From an uncultured Acidimicrobiales bacterium (lineage in GTDB: Bacteria > Actinomycetota > Acidimicrobiia > Acidimicrobiales > Aldehydirespiratoraceae), in contig CATQHS010000001.1 in assembly GCA_958296055.1 (NCBI GenBank), positions 1,396,277 through 1,460,276 of the forward strand: DNA of 64,000 nucleotides, read 5' to 3'. The notes under the pieces were generated by a model that saw only the letters and a program-made list of their open reading frames with translations, had not been told where the DNA came from and searched no databases. A program made the position numbers and the translations under genes. Shown piece by piece: positions 1 through 8,978 of this stretch (the first letter of the stretch is position 1; each line of letters begins with the position of its first letter).

Positions 1-721
1 AGGTGGGCCGCGTTCCTGAGCCGGGGATTCTTCGTCGACTTGACCTCCACCGGCAGCAGGCTCCGCTGGTGCTCCACCACGAAGTCGACCTCCTCGCCGT
101 TGGCGGTGCGCCAGTGGAACACCTCGGTGGGAAGGGGGCTCACGTCGGAGAAGGCGAGCAGGTCGCACAGGATCAGGTTCTCCAGATGGGCGCCCCGCGG
201 CTCGGGCTCCCGGGACAGGAACAGGGCAACGCCCGGGTCGCCCCAATAGAGCTTCGGCGACTTGATTAGGCGCTTCGTTCGGTTGACCGCGTAGGCGGGA
301 ACCCGCACCACCAGGTACGAGGCCTCCAGCAGGTTGAGGTACCGCCCCGCCGTCGTGGCCGACATGGCCAGATCGCGGCCGAAGCCGGCGAGGTTGACGG
401 TCCGGCCGGCGCCGCCAGCAGCTCCCCCCAGACGCCGGGCCGGCCGGCGCCGGCCAGCTCCCGCCTGCTCATCGGGCGCACGGCCAGGTAGCTGGCCCGG
501 CCGGCCAGCGACTCCGAGACCCGGTGCATGAGCAGCAGGTTGGCCGACCCGGTGAGCAGGAACCTCCCGGCCCGCCGATCCTGATCGATCGACCGCTTGA
601 CCGCGCTGAGCAGGTCCGGCTCGTGCTGGACTTCGTCGAGGGTGAGGGGCTCCGATCCGGCCAGCAGAGAGTCCGGATCAGTGCGGGCCAAGCCGCGGAC
701 ATCCGGGTCGTCGAGGGTCAA
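1..721 (-). pseudogene. Degraded AAA+ ATPase with DUF4143 domain (5'-truncated, frameshifted or internally deleted; runs off the left window edge)
   Basis: The minus-strand frame 266-721 reads LDDPDVRGL..LTLDEVQHEPDLL..GRFLLTGSANLL (the Walker-B side). A different minus frame (1 to about 420) reads GRTVNLAGFGRDLAMSATTAGRYLNLLEASYLVVRVPAYAVNRTKRLIKSPKLYWGDPG..EEVDFVV (the DUF4143 core). There is no room for a Walker A segment upstream, because the next gene ends at 761. Confidence 0.65.
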
Positions 722-760
722 GAAGCGGCACTGATCCGCGTTGGGAAAAGGGACGGGAAT

Positions 761-1624
761 TCAGCGGGTGAACAGGAGCTGGAACTCGATGATCCCGTGG
801 TCCTCGACCGAGACGACGATCGGGGCCGAGGGGGCCTGCACGCCGTAGTCGTCGAAGCGCACCTCGGTCGAGCCGACCACCACGATCACATTGTCGACGA
901 GCTGGGCGTCGAGGGCGAAGACGGCCGGGTTGGTGACCCCTTTGATGGTCAGGTCGCCCGCCGCCGCCAGCGAGAAGGCGGCACCGTCGGCCGCGCCGGC
1001 GGGCAGGGCCACGGGCTCGGTCAGGACGAAGGTTGCGGTCGGGAACTGGTTGGTGGCCAGGGCCTGGCGGGTGCGCCCGTCCCGCAAGGGCCGGTCGGTT
1101 TCGATGGTGGACATGTCCACCGTGATCTCGGCTGCCTCCAGGCCCCCGGCGCCGAGCTGGATGAACCCGGACACCTCCCCGGTGCGGCCCACCGCGGTGA
1201 CCTCTCCGATGGTCAGCTCTTCGTCGACCCGGAAACCGGCGAAGCTGCCGGTGGCCTGCTCGTAGTCGAAGTCGCCAATGGAAGTGTCAACGGTCCAGGC
1301 GCCAGCGACGCCCGAGGCGACATCACCCGACCCGGCGGCATCGTCGGCGCCGCCGCCGTCGGCACCCGCAGCCGGCTCGGCGGTCTCTTCGGCGGCCCCA
1401 GACGGCTCCGCGGCTTCGTCCGGGGCCGCGGCAGGCTCGACAACACCCTCAGCCTCGGTGTCGGCCACCGCGGCCGGCGACGCCGTGGTGGTCGTGGCCA
1501 GTCCGGCCACCGCCGCGGAGAGATCGACCTCGGCCGGCTCGTCGCCAGCGAAGACCACCCACCACACCAAAGCCGCCACGACCACCGCGACCACCGCAGC
1601 GCCGAGCCAGAGAATCCTCTTCAT
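761..1624 (-). CDS. YceI-like family secreted/membrane-anchored protein
   Basis: 287-aa ORF with an N-terminal TM/signal segment (MKRILWLGAAVVAVVVAALVWWVV) and an Ala/Glu/Pro-rich linker. The C-terminal domain shows the YceI pattern (WTVD..S.I.F.V..........V.G......G.I........ITVDMSTIETD...RD..L). Confidence 0.75.
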   Translation of the reverse strand: MKRILWLGAAVVAVVVAALVWWVVFAGDEPAEVDLSAAVAGLATTTTASPAAVADTEAEGVVEPAAAPDEAAEPSGAAEETAEPAAGADGGGADDAAGSGDVASGVAGAWTVDTSIGDFDYEQATGSFAGFRVDEELTIGEVTAVGRTGEVSGFIQLGAGGLEAAEITVDMSTIETDRPLRDGRTRQALATNQFPTATFVLTEPVALPAGAADGAAFSLAAAGDLTIKGVTNPAVFALDAQLVDNVIVVVGSTEVRFDDYGVQAPSAPIVVSVEDHGIIEFQLLFTR

Positions 1625-1646
1625 CGGTCCGCGGCCGCTTCCGCGC

Positions 1647-1982
1647 TCAGCCGGGCCCGGCCGCGGCTATGAGCTCTTCGTCGCTGGGGATCTCCACCCC
1701 CGGGCCGTAGTAGGTGTGGAGGCCGGCGATGACCGCGCCCAAGTCCGCGCCGTCGGAGGAGTCCAGCTCCGCCGTCACCATCGAGGCGTACACGTGGACG
1801 GCTTTGACCTTGCCGGTGGCGATCAGCCTCCGGGCCAGCTCGTCCACCGGCCGGTTCCCGGCGATCTCGTCGCCGGCCCGGTAGCGCTCGTGGCCCATCC
1901 CGGTGAGGCTCCGGTTGAGCTCGAAGCGGACGATCCCCGGCCTCGGCGAGGTGGTGCGCAAGAAGGTGACGGGCTGGCCCAC
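1647..1982 (-). CDS. NifU N-terminal (Nfu_N)-like domain protein
   Basis: 111-aa ORF. Its size and pattern (SPRPGIVRFELNR...PVDELARRLIATGKVKAVHVYASMVTAEL) resemble small actinobacterial Nfu_N-domain proteins. The assignment is from recall only. Confidence 0.45.
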   Translation of the reverse strand: MGQPVTFLRTTSPRPGIVRFELNRSLTGMGHERYRAGDEIAGNRPVDELARRLIATGKVKAVHVYASMVTAELDSSDGADLGAVIAGLHTYYGPGVEIPSDEELIAAAGPG

Positions 1983-2042
1983 AGACCTGGCATCGTACCC
2001 GGCCGCCGACCGGGGGCGCCCCTACCCGGACGGCGGCGGCCG

Positions 2043-2750
2043 CTACAGATCGAGGCTCTGCTGGGCGGCGTCGATGGGGTCGGTCAGCCGGGGGACGCCG
2101 GTCCAGCGCAGCCCGTCCATGAACACCCAGCGCCGCCGGTGAATGGCGCTGGGGCCCCACGCGGCCAGCGCGGCCCGGTGCCGCGGGCAGGGGTAGCCCT
2201 TGTTGGACTCGAACCAGTAGCCGGGGTAACAGTGGGCCGCGGTCCGCATGATCCGGTCCCGGGTCACCTTGGCCACGATGGAGGCGGCGGCGATAGACAG
2301 GCTGATCGAGTCGCCTCGCACCATGGTGGTGGTGTTCCCGCCCCCCACGAAATCCCACGAGCCGTCGACCAGCACGTGACCGACGGCGAGGCCGAGGCCG
2401 TCGATGGCCCGCCGGGCGGCCAGGCGCTGGGCCGCGGCCATGCCCAGCTCGTTGCACTCGGCCACCTCGGCGTGGCCGACGGAGACGGCCCGGGCCCAGC
2501 GCCGGATGCGGTCGTGCATCGCCTCCCGCTCGTCGGGGGTGAGCATCTTGGAGTCCCGGACCTTGTAGATGCGGGCCACGGGGTCGGCCACCACCGCCCC
2601 CACCGTCAGGGGCCCGGCCCAGGACCCCCGGCCCACCTCGTCCACCCCGACCACCACGTCGGCCCCGGCCTCCCACAGGGCCCGCTCGGCCCGCAGCCCG
2701 GGCGCTTTGCCCTTGAGAGCCCGCCTCAGAGTCGGCGCCCTAGCCGTCAC
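2043..2750 (-). CDS. rnhB: Ribonuclease HII
   Basis: Motifs VVGVDEVGRGSWAGPLTVGAVV, VRDSKMLTPDERE, LVDGS and SIAAASIVAKVTRD are present. I place the start at GTG 2750 (VTARAPTLRRAL..). The longer ORF to 2921 adds a non-homologous extension. Confidence 0.9.
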   Translation of the reverse strand: MTARAPTLRRALKGKAPGLRAERALWEAGADVVVGVDEVGRGSWAGPLTVGAVVADPVARIYKVRDSKMLTPDEREAMHDRIRRWARAVSVGHAEVAECNELGMAAAQRLAARRAIDGLGLAVGHVLVDGSWDFVGGGNTTTMVRGDSISLSIAAASIVAKVTRDRIMRTAAHCYPGYWFESNKGYPCPRHRAALAAWGPSAIHRRRWVFMDGLRWTGVPRLTDPIDAAQQSLDL

Positions 2751-2825
2751 GGGCCACTGGCTACCACACTCCCCGCCCGCCAGGCCCGAATCGGCCAGTA
2801 TGAGGACGAGGAAGAGGAGGTCGAG

Positions 2826-3803
2826 ATGGAACTCGGTCGATTGGAGAGAGTCGAAGTGCGCACGGTATGGGAGAACGAAGCCCGAGATTTCACGCCGTGG
2901 CTGCTCGATCACCACGATCACCTAGCCGAGGCCCTGGGCATCGACCTTGAGATCGAGCAGTCAGAGCACCCGGTCGGCGATTTCTCCCTTGATCTCATCG
3001 GACGCGATCTGACCAACGACGCTGTCCTCATCGTTGAGAACCAGCTCGGGGGGACTGATCACAACCACCTCGGCCAGATTCTCACGTACGCGGCCGGTAC
3101 CGGCGCCTCGAGCATCGTATGGATAGCGACCTCGTTCCGAGAGGAGCATCGCCAAGCCATCGACTGGCTCAACGAGCAGACCCGGGAAAATGTCCGCTTC
3201 TTTGGAATAGAGCTTCAGGTGGTGCGGATCGGTGCATCACTCCCGGCACCCCTCTTCAAGCTGGTGGCGCAGCCCAACGACTTGCAGAAGCAGGTCCGCT
3301 CAGCAACCCGGCCAGATAGAACCGAAAGGGAAATCCAGAATCACAATTTCTGGACCAGATACTTAGAGCGATTGAGAGAAGAACATCCAGATTGGTCCAA
3401 AGGGGGGACACCCTCAATAAAGAACTGGATGGAGTTCAAATCACCGATCAACTGGATGAATTTAAAATTACCGATCAACTGGATAAATTTAAGAAGACCG
3501 GGTATCCGTCTGAATTTAACCCACAGGCGACTTCGACATGAGATCTATATCGATACCCTCGACAAGACTAGCAACGATAGTATCTTCGAGCATCTGTTAC
3601 AGCAGCGAAAACTATTCGAGACCGAGTATGGGCGACCGCTCCAGTGGGAGCCATTGCCCGATGCCAGAGCATGCCGAATCGCCGAATATCGGGAAGATGC
3701 GGATGTGGCCTCTGAAGGTCGGTACGACGAATTCATCGACTGGTTCTTCGACGCCGGCGTGCGGCTGCGCCGGGCCCTGTCAGCCGTAGTGCGGATGGCG
3801 TAA
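2826..3803 (+). CDS. DUF4268-type protein with an N-terminal restriction-endonuclease-like (NucS-like) module
   Basis: ATG 2826 follows GAGGAGG by 6 nt. The N-terminal part reads WENEARDFTPWL..HPVGDFSLDLIGRD..AVLIVENQLGGTDHNHLGQILTYAAG..IVWIA. The C-terminal half is typical of DUF4268 (FW..Y...L.......W). G+C drops in the 3' half. Confidence 0.7.
   Translation: MELGRLERVEVRTVWENEARDFTPWLLDHHDHLAEALGIDLEIEQSEHPVGDFSLDLIGRDLTNDAVLIVENQLGGTDHNHLGQILTYAAGTGASSIVWIATSFREEHRQAIDWLNEQTRENVRFFGIELQVVRIGASLPAPLFKLVAQPNDLQKQVRSATRPDRTEREIQNHNFWTRYLERLREEHPDWSKGGTPSIKNWMEFKSPINWMNLKLPINWINLRRPGIRLNLTHRRLRHEIYIDTLDKTSNDSIFEHLLQQRKLFETEYGRPLQWEPLPDARACRIAEYREDADVASEGRYDEFIDWFFDAGVRLRRALSAVVRMA
3443..3496 (+). 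repeat. 27-bp in-frame tandem duplication (2 copies) inside the DUF4268 gene
   Basis: accgatcaactggatgaatttaaaatt is followed directly by accgatcaactggataaatttaagaag. The two copies encode PINWMNLKL and PINWINLRR. Confidence 0.9.
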
Positions 3804-3936
3804 GCAGATCCCGTTCTCAGCGGTCACGGGCCGGGTCCTTACTCCGGCCTCTGTGTTCACCTGACCGGCCCGAGTATGAAACTTTCTGTAGGTATCTAAG
3901 AATTTCCCTCATATAGGCGTAGAATCTCTCATACTT

Positions 3937-5121
3937 ATGGATCCAGTGCAGAACCCTTACGCCCCCGGTGCCGGCCAGCGGCCTCCGGAGCTGGCCGGCC
4001 GCGATCACGAGAGGACGCGGTTCGGCGTGCTGCTCGGTCGCCTAGAGGCGGGCCGACCAGAGCGGGGGATGATCCTCACCGGGCTCCGAGGGGTCGGCAA
4101 GACCGTTTTGCTGAACGAACTCCGCTCGACGGCGGAGCAGCGGGGCTGGGTCGTTGCTTTCGTGGAAGCCGGGCCGGGCCGGAAGTTTCGCCTCCTGGCC
4201 ACACAGGCCCTGACCGGCTCGCTGCGGGCCGCGTCGCTGCGGCACCGAACGTCGGATCGGCTTCGAAAAGCGCTGAGGGTGTTCAAATCGTTCTCGTTGA
4301 AGGCAGCGGCCGGCGGATCCATGAGCCTCGGGGTCGCCGTCGATCCCGAGGCGGGTCGGGCCGACTCGGGATATCTCGAGCTGGACTTGACCGATCTGCT
4401 GGTCGACTTGGGCGAAGCCGCGGCCGACCTCGGCACCGGAGTCCTCCTGCTGGTCGACGAACTCCAGGAACTCCCGAAGCCCGATATCGCCGCCGTCGCC
4501 GGGGCGGCCCACCAGATGAACCAGTTGCAACTCCCGGTGGCCGTCGTCGGCGCCGGTCTGCCGAACCTTACCAGCGTGCTCGCCAAGGCCAAGCCCTACG
4601 CCGAGCGGCTCTTCGCCTACCACCGGATCGACATCCTCGAACCCGCCGCGGCCGGCGAGGCGCTGCACCGGCCGGTCGAGGCCCTCGGGGTGGCCTGGCA
4701 GCCGGAAGCGCTGGCCCACACCGTGGAGGCTTCCGGCGGATACCCATACTTCCTTCAAGCTTTCGGCAGCAAGATATGGGACTACGCGCCCGGGCCTCGC
4801 CGGATAACGATCGATAACGCCAGGGCGGGGATCGAGGCGGCCCGAGGCGAACTGGACGAAGGGTTCTACGGATCGCGGTGGGGGCGGACCACCCCGGCCC
4901 AACGCGCCTATCTCGCGGCCATGGCCGCCGAAGCCGGCACCGCCAACGGCGGCTCCGTTTCGAGCGGGCAGGTGGCGGACCGCCTCGGCAAGACCCACCG
5001 AGACCTCGGACAACACCGGGACCAGTTGATCCGCAAGGGCCTGATCTTCGCCCCCGAACGGGGTCGGGTGGCCTTCACCGTCCCCGGCATGGGCGCCTAT
5101 ATCGAGCGGCTTGATTGCTGA
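3937..5121 (+). CDS. AAA+ ATPase, Orc1/Cdc6- or archaeal-ATPase-like, with a C-terminal winged-helix-like tail
   Basis: Walker A is GLRGVGKTVLLNEL and Walker B is VLLLVDELQEL. The C-terminal part reads SGQVADRLGKTHRDLGQHRDQLIRKGLI. An AT-rich upstream region carries TAGAAT at 3920-3925, only 11 nt before the ATG. Confidence 0.75.
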   Translation: MDPVQNPYAPGAGQRPPELAGRDHERTRFGVLLGRLEAGRPERGMILTGLRGVGKTVLLNELRSTAEQRGWVVAFVEAGPGRKFRLLATQALTGSLRAASLRHRTSDRLRKALRVFKSFSLKAAAGGSMSLGVAVDPEAGRADSGYLELDLTDLLVDLGEAAADLGTGVLLLVDELQELPKPDIAAVAGAAHQMNQLQLPVAVVGAGLPNLTSVLAKAKPYAERLFAYHRIDILEPAAAGEALHRPVEALGVAWQPEALAHTVEASGGYPYFLQAFGSKIWDYAPGPRRITIDNARAGIEAARGELDEGFYGSRWGRTTPAQRAYLAAMAAEAGTANGGSVSSGQVADRLGKTHRDLGQHRDQLIRKGLIFAPERGRVAFTVPGMGAYIERLDC

Positions 5122-5167
5122 GTCGAGTCGCTGAAGCCCCTCGCTCCGAAGAACCAGCGATTTGAGG

Positions 5168-6163
5168 TCAGCGGACCTCGGTGGTGAGAGGTCTTTCCAG
5201 CAGGACCCGGTAGACCTCGGCCACGGTCCGGCCGTCGGTGACCACCGCGGTGACCTCCTCGGAGATGGGCATGTCCACCCCCAGCGCCCGGGCCAAAGCG
5301 GCCACCACCGGGGCGGTCTTTACCCCCTCGGCCACCTGGTCCATCTCGGCCACGATCTCGGCCAGGCGCCGGCCCTGGGCCAGCAGCTCGCCCACGTGGC
5401 GGTTCCGGCTCTGGGGGCTGACGCAGGTGGCGACCAGGTCGCCCACCCCGGCCAGCCCCGCGAAGGTGGCGGGCTCGCCGCCCATGGCCACCCCCAGGCG
5501 GGTCAGCTCGGCCAGGCCCCGGGTGATGAGCGCGGCCCGGGCGTTGTCACCCACCCCCAGCCCGTCAGCCATGCCCAGCGCCAGGGCGATGACGTTCTTG
5601 AGGGCCCCGGCCATCTCGCTGCCCACCACGTCGGTGTTGGTGTACACCCGGAACCAGCCGGTGGTGAACAGGCGCTGGAGCCGCTCGGCCCCTACCGGGT
5701 GGCTCATGGCCAGCACCGCCGCGGCCGCCTTCCCGGCCAGGATCTCCTTGGCCAGGTTGGGCCCGGTCAGCACCCCGGCCGGGTGATCGGGCAGTTCGTC
5801 GGCGATGACCTCGGTCATCCGCTTGTTGGTGCCGCGCTCTAGGCCCTTGGCCAGCGACACCACCGGCACCCCGGCCCGGAGGTGGGGGCGCAGCGACCGC
5901 AGCGTGGCCCGGAACCCGTGCGACGGCACCCCCATCACCACCACGCCGGCCCCGGCCGCCGCGTCGCCGATCTCGTTCGTCGCCCTCAGCCCGGGGTGGA
6001 GCCGGTAGCCAGCCAGGTAGCGGGGGTTCTCCCCGGTCCGGTTGACGGCGTCGGCCACTTCTGGGTCGCGGGCGTACAGAACGGTGCCGGCATTGTGGGC
6101 GCACAGATGGGCCATCGTCGTGCCCCAGGAGCCTCCGCCCACCACGGCGACCCGGATGTCCAT
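5168..6163 (-). CDS. gpsA: NAD(P)H-dependent glycerol-3-phosphate dehydrogenase
   Basis: The N-terminal Rossmann motif is VAVVGGGSWGTTMA. The ORF shows full-length GpsA-like conservation (GPNLAKE, GALKNVIALA, RN...G). Confidence 0.92.
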   Translation of the reverse strand: MDIRVAVVGGGSWGTTMAHLCAHNAGTVLYARDPEVADAVNRTGENPRYLAGYRLHPGLRATNEIGDAAAGAGVVVMGVPSHGFRATLRSLRPHLRAGVPVVSLAKGLERGTNKRMTEVIADELPDHPAGVLTGPNLAKEILAGKAAAAVLAMSHPVGAERLQRLFTTGWFRVYTNTDVVGSEMAGALKNVIALALGMADGLGVGDNARAALITRGLAELTRLGVAMGGEPATFAGLAGVGDLVATCVSPQSRNRHVGELLAQGRRLAEIVAEMDQVAEGVKTAPVVAALARALGVDMPISEEVTAVVTDGRTVAEVYRVLLERPLTTEVR

Positions 6164-6324
6164 GGCACAACCCTAGAGCAGCCCCGGGCCACCAGCCGGG
6201 CCGAGCCGCCTTCGCAGCCTTCCTCTAGTCCGGCATCGGGGTTTCGCTGGTTCGCTCTGGCGTGATAACCAGTGACCTGGCAGGATGAGCGGCTGGCAGT
6301 CCAACACACGGAGGGAGGTTGGAC

Positions 6325-7515
6325 ATGGCCGGTCTCAGGCTCGCATGCGGCGTGCTGGCAGTCGTCGCGGCTGCGGCCTGCGCCAGTGCGCCCGAGCCCT
6401 CCAGCTCGGCTGCGCCGGCTGCGCCGCCGTCGGTTTCGCCGGTGGAGCCGTCTGTTCCGCCGGCTACGCCGTCGGTTGCGCCTGTGACTTCGTGGGTCTT
6501 GCCCACCGCGCCGGCTGCGCCGGTGATGTCGTCGTTAGCGCCGACGGCGATAGTCGAATGCGATGTAGCACCGCTGGGGGAGGCGGCCGGATCTGGCGAT
6601 AACACGGCGACGGTGAGGTTCGTGGCCTATGGCGACGTAGGCCGCGGCAGCGGCTGCGCGATGGCACCCGATGTCAGGTTGGCTGTCGTCGTCGGCTATG
6701 ACGACATCATCGGTTGGTGGGAGCTGATCGGCGACGATCTGGGCATTTTCGAGCAGGCCCCCCCGGGGCTGCAGATCCCCGTCAGCGGTGAGGATCTTTC
6801 GGCCGCGCCGGCGTTCTTCGTGACCACGGGCCCGGACGGGACCGCCGAGGCGGACATCGCCGGGATGAGGGTATTCGATACCGAAATGTCGGTGATATGC
6901 GCGATGTCTCCGATCTCGGAGGATCTGATAGCTGGATGCAGCCATGAGAGGATCCGATTGGAAGACGGCGATGTCGTCTATGTGTATTTCAGCCACGGTC
7001 ACGCCATCGTTGAGACAGGACCCCAAGGCACCGAACGCTACGAGCGATTCCTAGACGGCGAAGACATCTCAAACCAGCCTATGGCCACAGTATATCTTGT
7101 ATCCATTACTCACTATGACTATGGCCCCCCTCGTCACTTAGTTCCTGGCGTACAGGTAGCCGTCATTGAGGACGCCTATGTCGATGCCTGGTGGTCTGAA
7201 ATCTCCAAGGGCGAACGCGTCTACTTGGACGTATTCGGAGTATATCTAGATCCAGAAGTGCTCAGAGACGAACGGGTGCATATCATCAAAACGGGATCCG
7301 CTGGGGTGGCTAGGATCGCCTTGCCGCCCGGCGGGGACTACCTGTTCTGTGTCAGTGGAACAGGTTGCGATCATGAAGACATATCGGGTTCATACGACCA
7401 CGTCATCGAAATTGATGTGAGCAGCGGAGAAGCCGGCCCTGGCGGGGTAAGAATGCTGACAGAGGGCCAAGGGAGAAGCCTCTTGGAACACGCAAAGACC
7501 ATGCCCATCGCATAA
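6325..7515 (+). CDS. Hypothetical lipoprotein
   Basis: ATG 6325 lies downstream of GGAGGGAGG. The lipobox-like signal is LAVVAAAACAS, followed by a Pro/Ser/Ala linker. I recognise no domain. The 3' half is visibly lower in G+C. Confidence 0.6.
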   Translation: MAGLRLACGVLAVVAAAACASAPEPSSSAAPAAPPSVSPVEPSVPPATPSVAPVTSWVLPTAPAAPVMSSLAPTAIVECDVAPLGEAAGSGDNTATVRFVAYGDVGRGSGCAMAPDVRLAVVVGYDDIIGWWELIGDDLGIFEQAPPGLQIPVSGEDLSAAPAFFVTTGPDGTAEADIAGMRVFDTEMSVICAMSPISEDLIAGCSHERIRLEDGDVVYVYFSHGHAIVETGPQGTERYERFLDGEDISNQPMATVYLVSITHYDYGPPRHLVPGVQVAVIEDAYVDAWWSEISKGERVYLDVFGVYLDPEVLRDERVHIIKTGSAGVARIALPPGGDYLFCVSGTGCDHEDISGSYDHVIEIDVSSGEAGPGGVRMLTEGQGRSLLEHAKTMPIA

Positions 7516-7593
7516 CGCCCATCCGCTCAACGACAAGCCCTGGTCTACTGGCCCTAGACTCGCCCGGTCCCCTAGCCGGGCCGGAGCTGCCTC

Positions 7594-8232
7594 GTGCCCA
7601 CACGCCGCGCCAACGACGCCACGACCGCCGTGGTGGTGCCAGTCCGGTCCTTCGACGGCGCCCTGTCCCGGCTGGCCGGCGTCTTGGACCGATCCCGGCG
7701 GCGCGACCTGATGCGCGAGTTGGCCGGCCGGGTGGTGGCTGCGGGCCGGCCCCGACCGGTGCATGTGGTGACCGACGACGGCGAGGTCGCCGGATGGGCC
7801 GAGTCGGTCGGGGCCTCGGTGATCGAGGTCCGCGGGCCCGGCCTGACCGCCGCGGTGACCGCCGCGATCGAGCGCCTGGCCGCGGCCGGGGTGCAGCGAG
7901 CGGTGGTGGCCCACGCCGACCTCCCGCTGGTGGAGTCGCTGGAAGCGGCGGTGGGCCCGGGGCTGACCATCGCCCCCGACCGTCACCGCGACGGCTCCAA
8001 CGTGGTGTGCGTCCCGGCCGGAGCCGGGTTCCGGTTCTCCTACGGCCCGGGCTCGTTCCGGCGCCACGTGGCCGAGGCCGGGCGTCTCGGCCTGCCCGTC
8101 ACCGTCGTCGACGATCCCGCCCTGGCCTGGGACCTCGACCATCCCGACGACCTCGCCGCCCTGGGCGGGCCCTGGCGGGCCGAGGCCGGCGGTCTCGCCG
8201 TCGGCTGCGCCCGCCTCGAGGGCCGGGCGTGA
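7594..8232 (+). CDS. cofC: 2-phospho-L-lactate guanylyltransferase (F420 biosynthesis, CofC/FbiD)
   Basis: The pattern VVVPVRSF..A.SRLA..L....R..L..........DLP...........APDR...G.N....P...F.F.YG.GSF..H is typical of CofC. The size (212 aa) also fits. Confidence 0.75.
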   Translation: MPTRRANDATTAVVVPVRSFDGALSRLAGVLDRSRRRDLMRELAGRVVAAGRPRPVHVVTDDGEVAGWAESVGASVIEVRGPGLTAAVTAAIERLAAAGVQRAVVAHADLPLVESLEAAVGPGLTIAPDRHRDGSNVVCVPAGAGFRFSYGPGSFRRHVAEAGRLGLPVTVVDDPALAWDLDHPDDLAALGGPWRAEAGGLAVGCARLEGRA

Positions 8233-8978
8233 CCAGCCTCGACCTGGACCGCCCGGGCCGGGCCCTGGCCATCGCCGCCCACCCCGATGACATCGAGTTC
8301 GGCTGCGGAGCCACGCTGGCCAAGTGGTCGGCCGCCGGCTCGGAGGTGAGCCTGCTGGTGCTCACCGACGGGTCCAAGGGCACCTGGGACGCCGCCGCCG
8401 ACATCGCGGCCCTGGTGGACCGGCGCCGCCAAGAGCAGCGGGACGCGGCCCGTCGCCTGGGCGCCAGCGGCCAGGTCCTGTTCCTCGACCAGACCGACGG
8501 AGAACTCGGCGCCGGCATGGGGCTCCGGAGCCGGGTGGCCCGGATCATCCGGGAACTCCGTCCCGACGCGGTGCTGGGCCATGACCCATGGCGGCGCTGG
8601 CGCCTCCACCCCGACCACCGGGCCGCCGGGTTCCTGGGCACCGACGCGGTGGCCGCGGCCCGCGACCCCCACTTCTTCGCCGAGCACGGCCTGCCCGCTC
8701 ACCGCCCCGACCACCTGCTGTTGTTCGAGTGCGAGGAGCCGAACCACGTGGAGCGGGTCGAGGCCGCCCACGTCGAGGCCAAGATCGAGGCCCTGCTGGC
8801 CCATGAGAGCCAGTTCGAGAGCACCCACGACATCCCGGCCGGCGACGACGGCGCTGCCGTGTCGGCCTTCCGGGCCGGAGTCACCGACGAGTGCCGCCGG
8901 GCCGGTCAGTTGGTCGGATCTGCCTACGGCGAGGCGTTCCGGCTGATGCCGACCGGAGGCCGGATCAGAACGCTGTGA
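8229..8978 (+). CDS. PIG-L (LmbE-like) family deacetylase
   Basis: GTG 8229 overlaps the cofC stop (GTGA). Motifs are AIAAHPDDIEFGCGATLAKW, LLVLTDGSKG and HPDHRAAG. Confidence 0.85.
   Translation: MTSLDLDRPGRALAIAAHPDDIEFGCGATLAKWSAAGSEVSLLVLTDGSKGTWDAAADIAALVDRRRQEQRDAARRLGASGQVLFLDQTDGELGAGMGLRSRVARIIRELRPDAVLGHDPWRRWRLHPDHRAAGFLGTDAVAAARDPHFFAEHGLPAHRPDHLLLFECEEPNHVERVEAAHVEAKIEALLAHESQFESTHDIPAGDDGAAVSAFRAGVTDECRRAGQLVGSAYGEAFRLMPTGGRIRTL

Noticed and set aside
1278-3803. An 841-aa plus-strand ORF, the longest in this part of the window.
   Set aside because: Only its last 325 codons (from ATG 2826, preceded by GAGGAGG) look like a real protein. The upstream part is Ala/Pro/Gly/Arg-rich read-through, antisense to the YceI-like, Nfu-like and rnhB genes, which have clear family motifs.
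3817-4008. A 63-aa minus-strand ORF across the AT-rich spacer and the 5' end of the ATPase gene.
   Set aside because: It overlaps the promoter-like region and the start of a motif-bearing ATPase gene. It has no features of its own.
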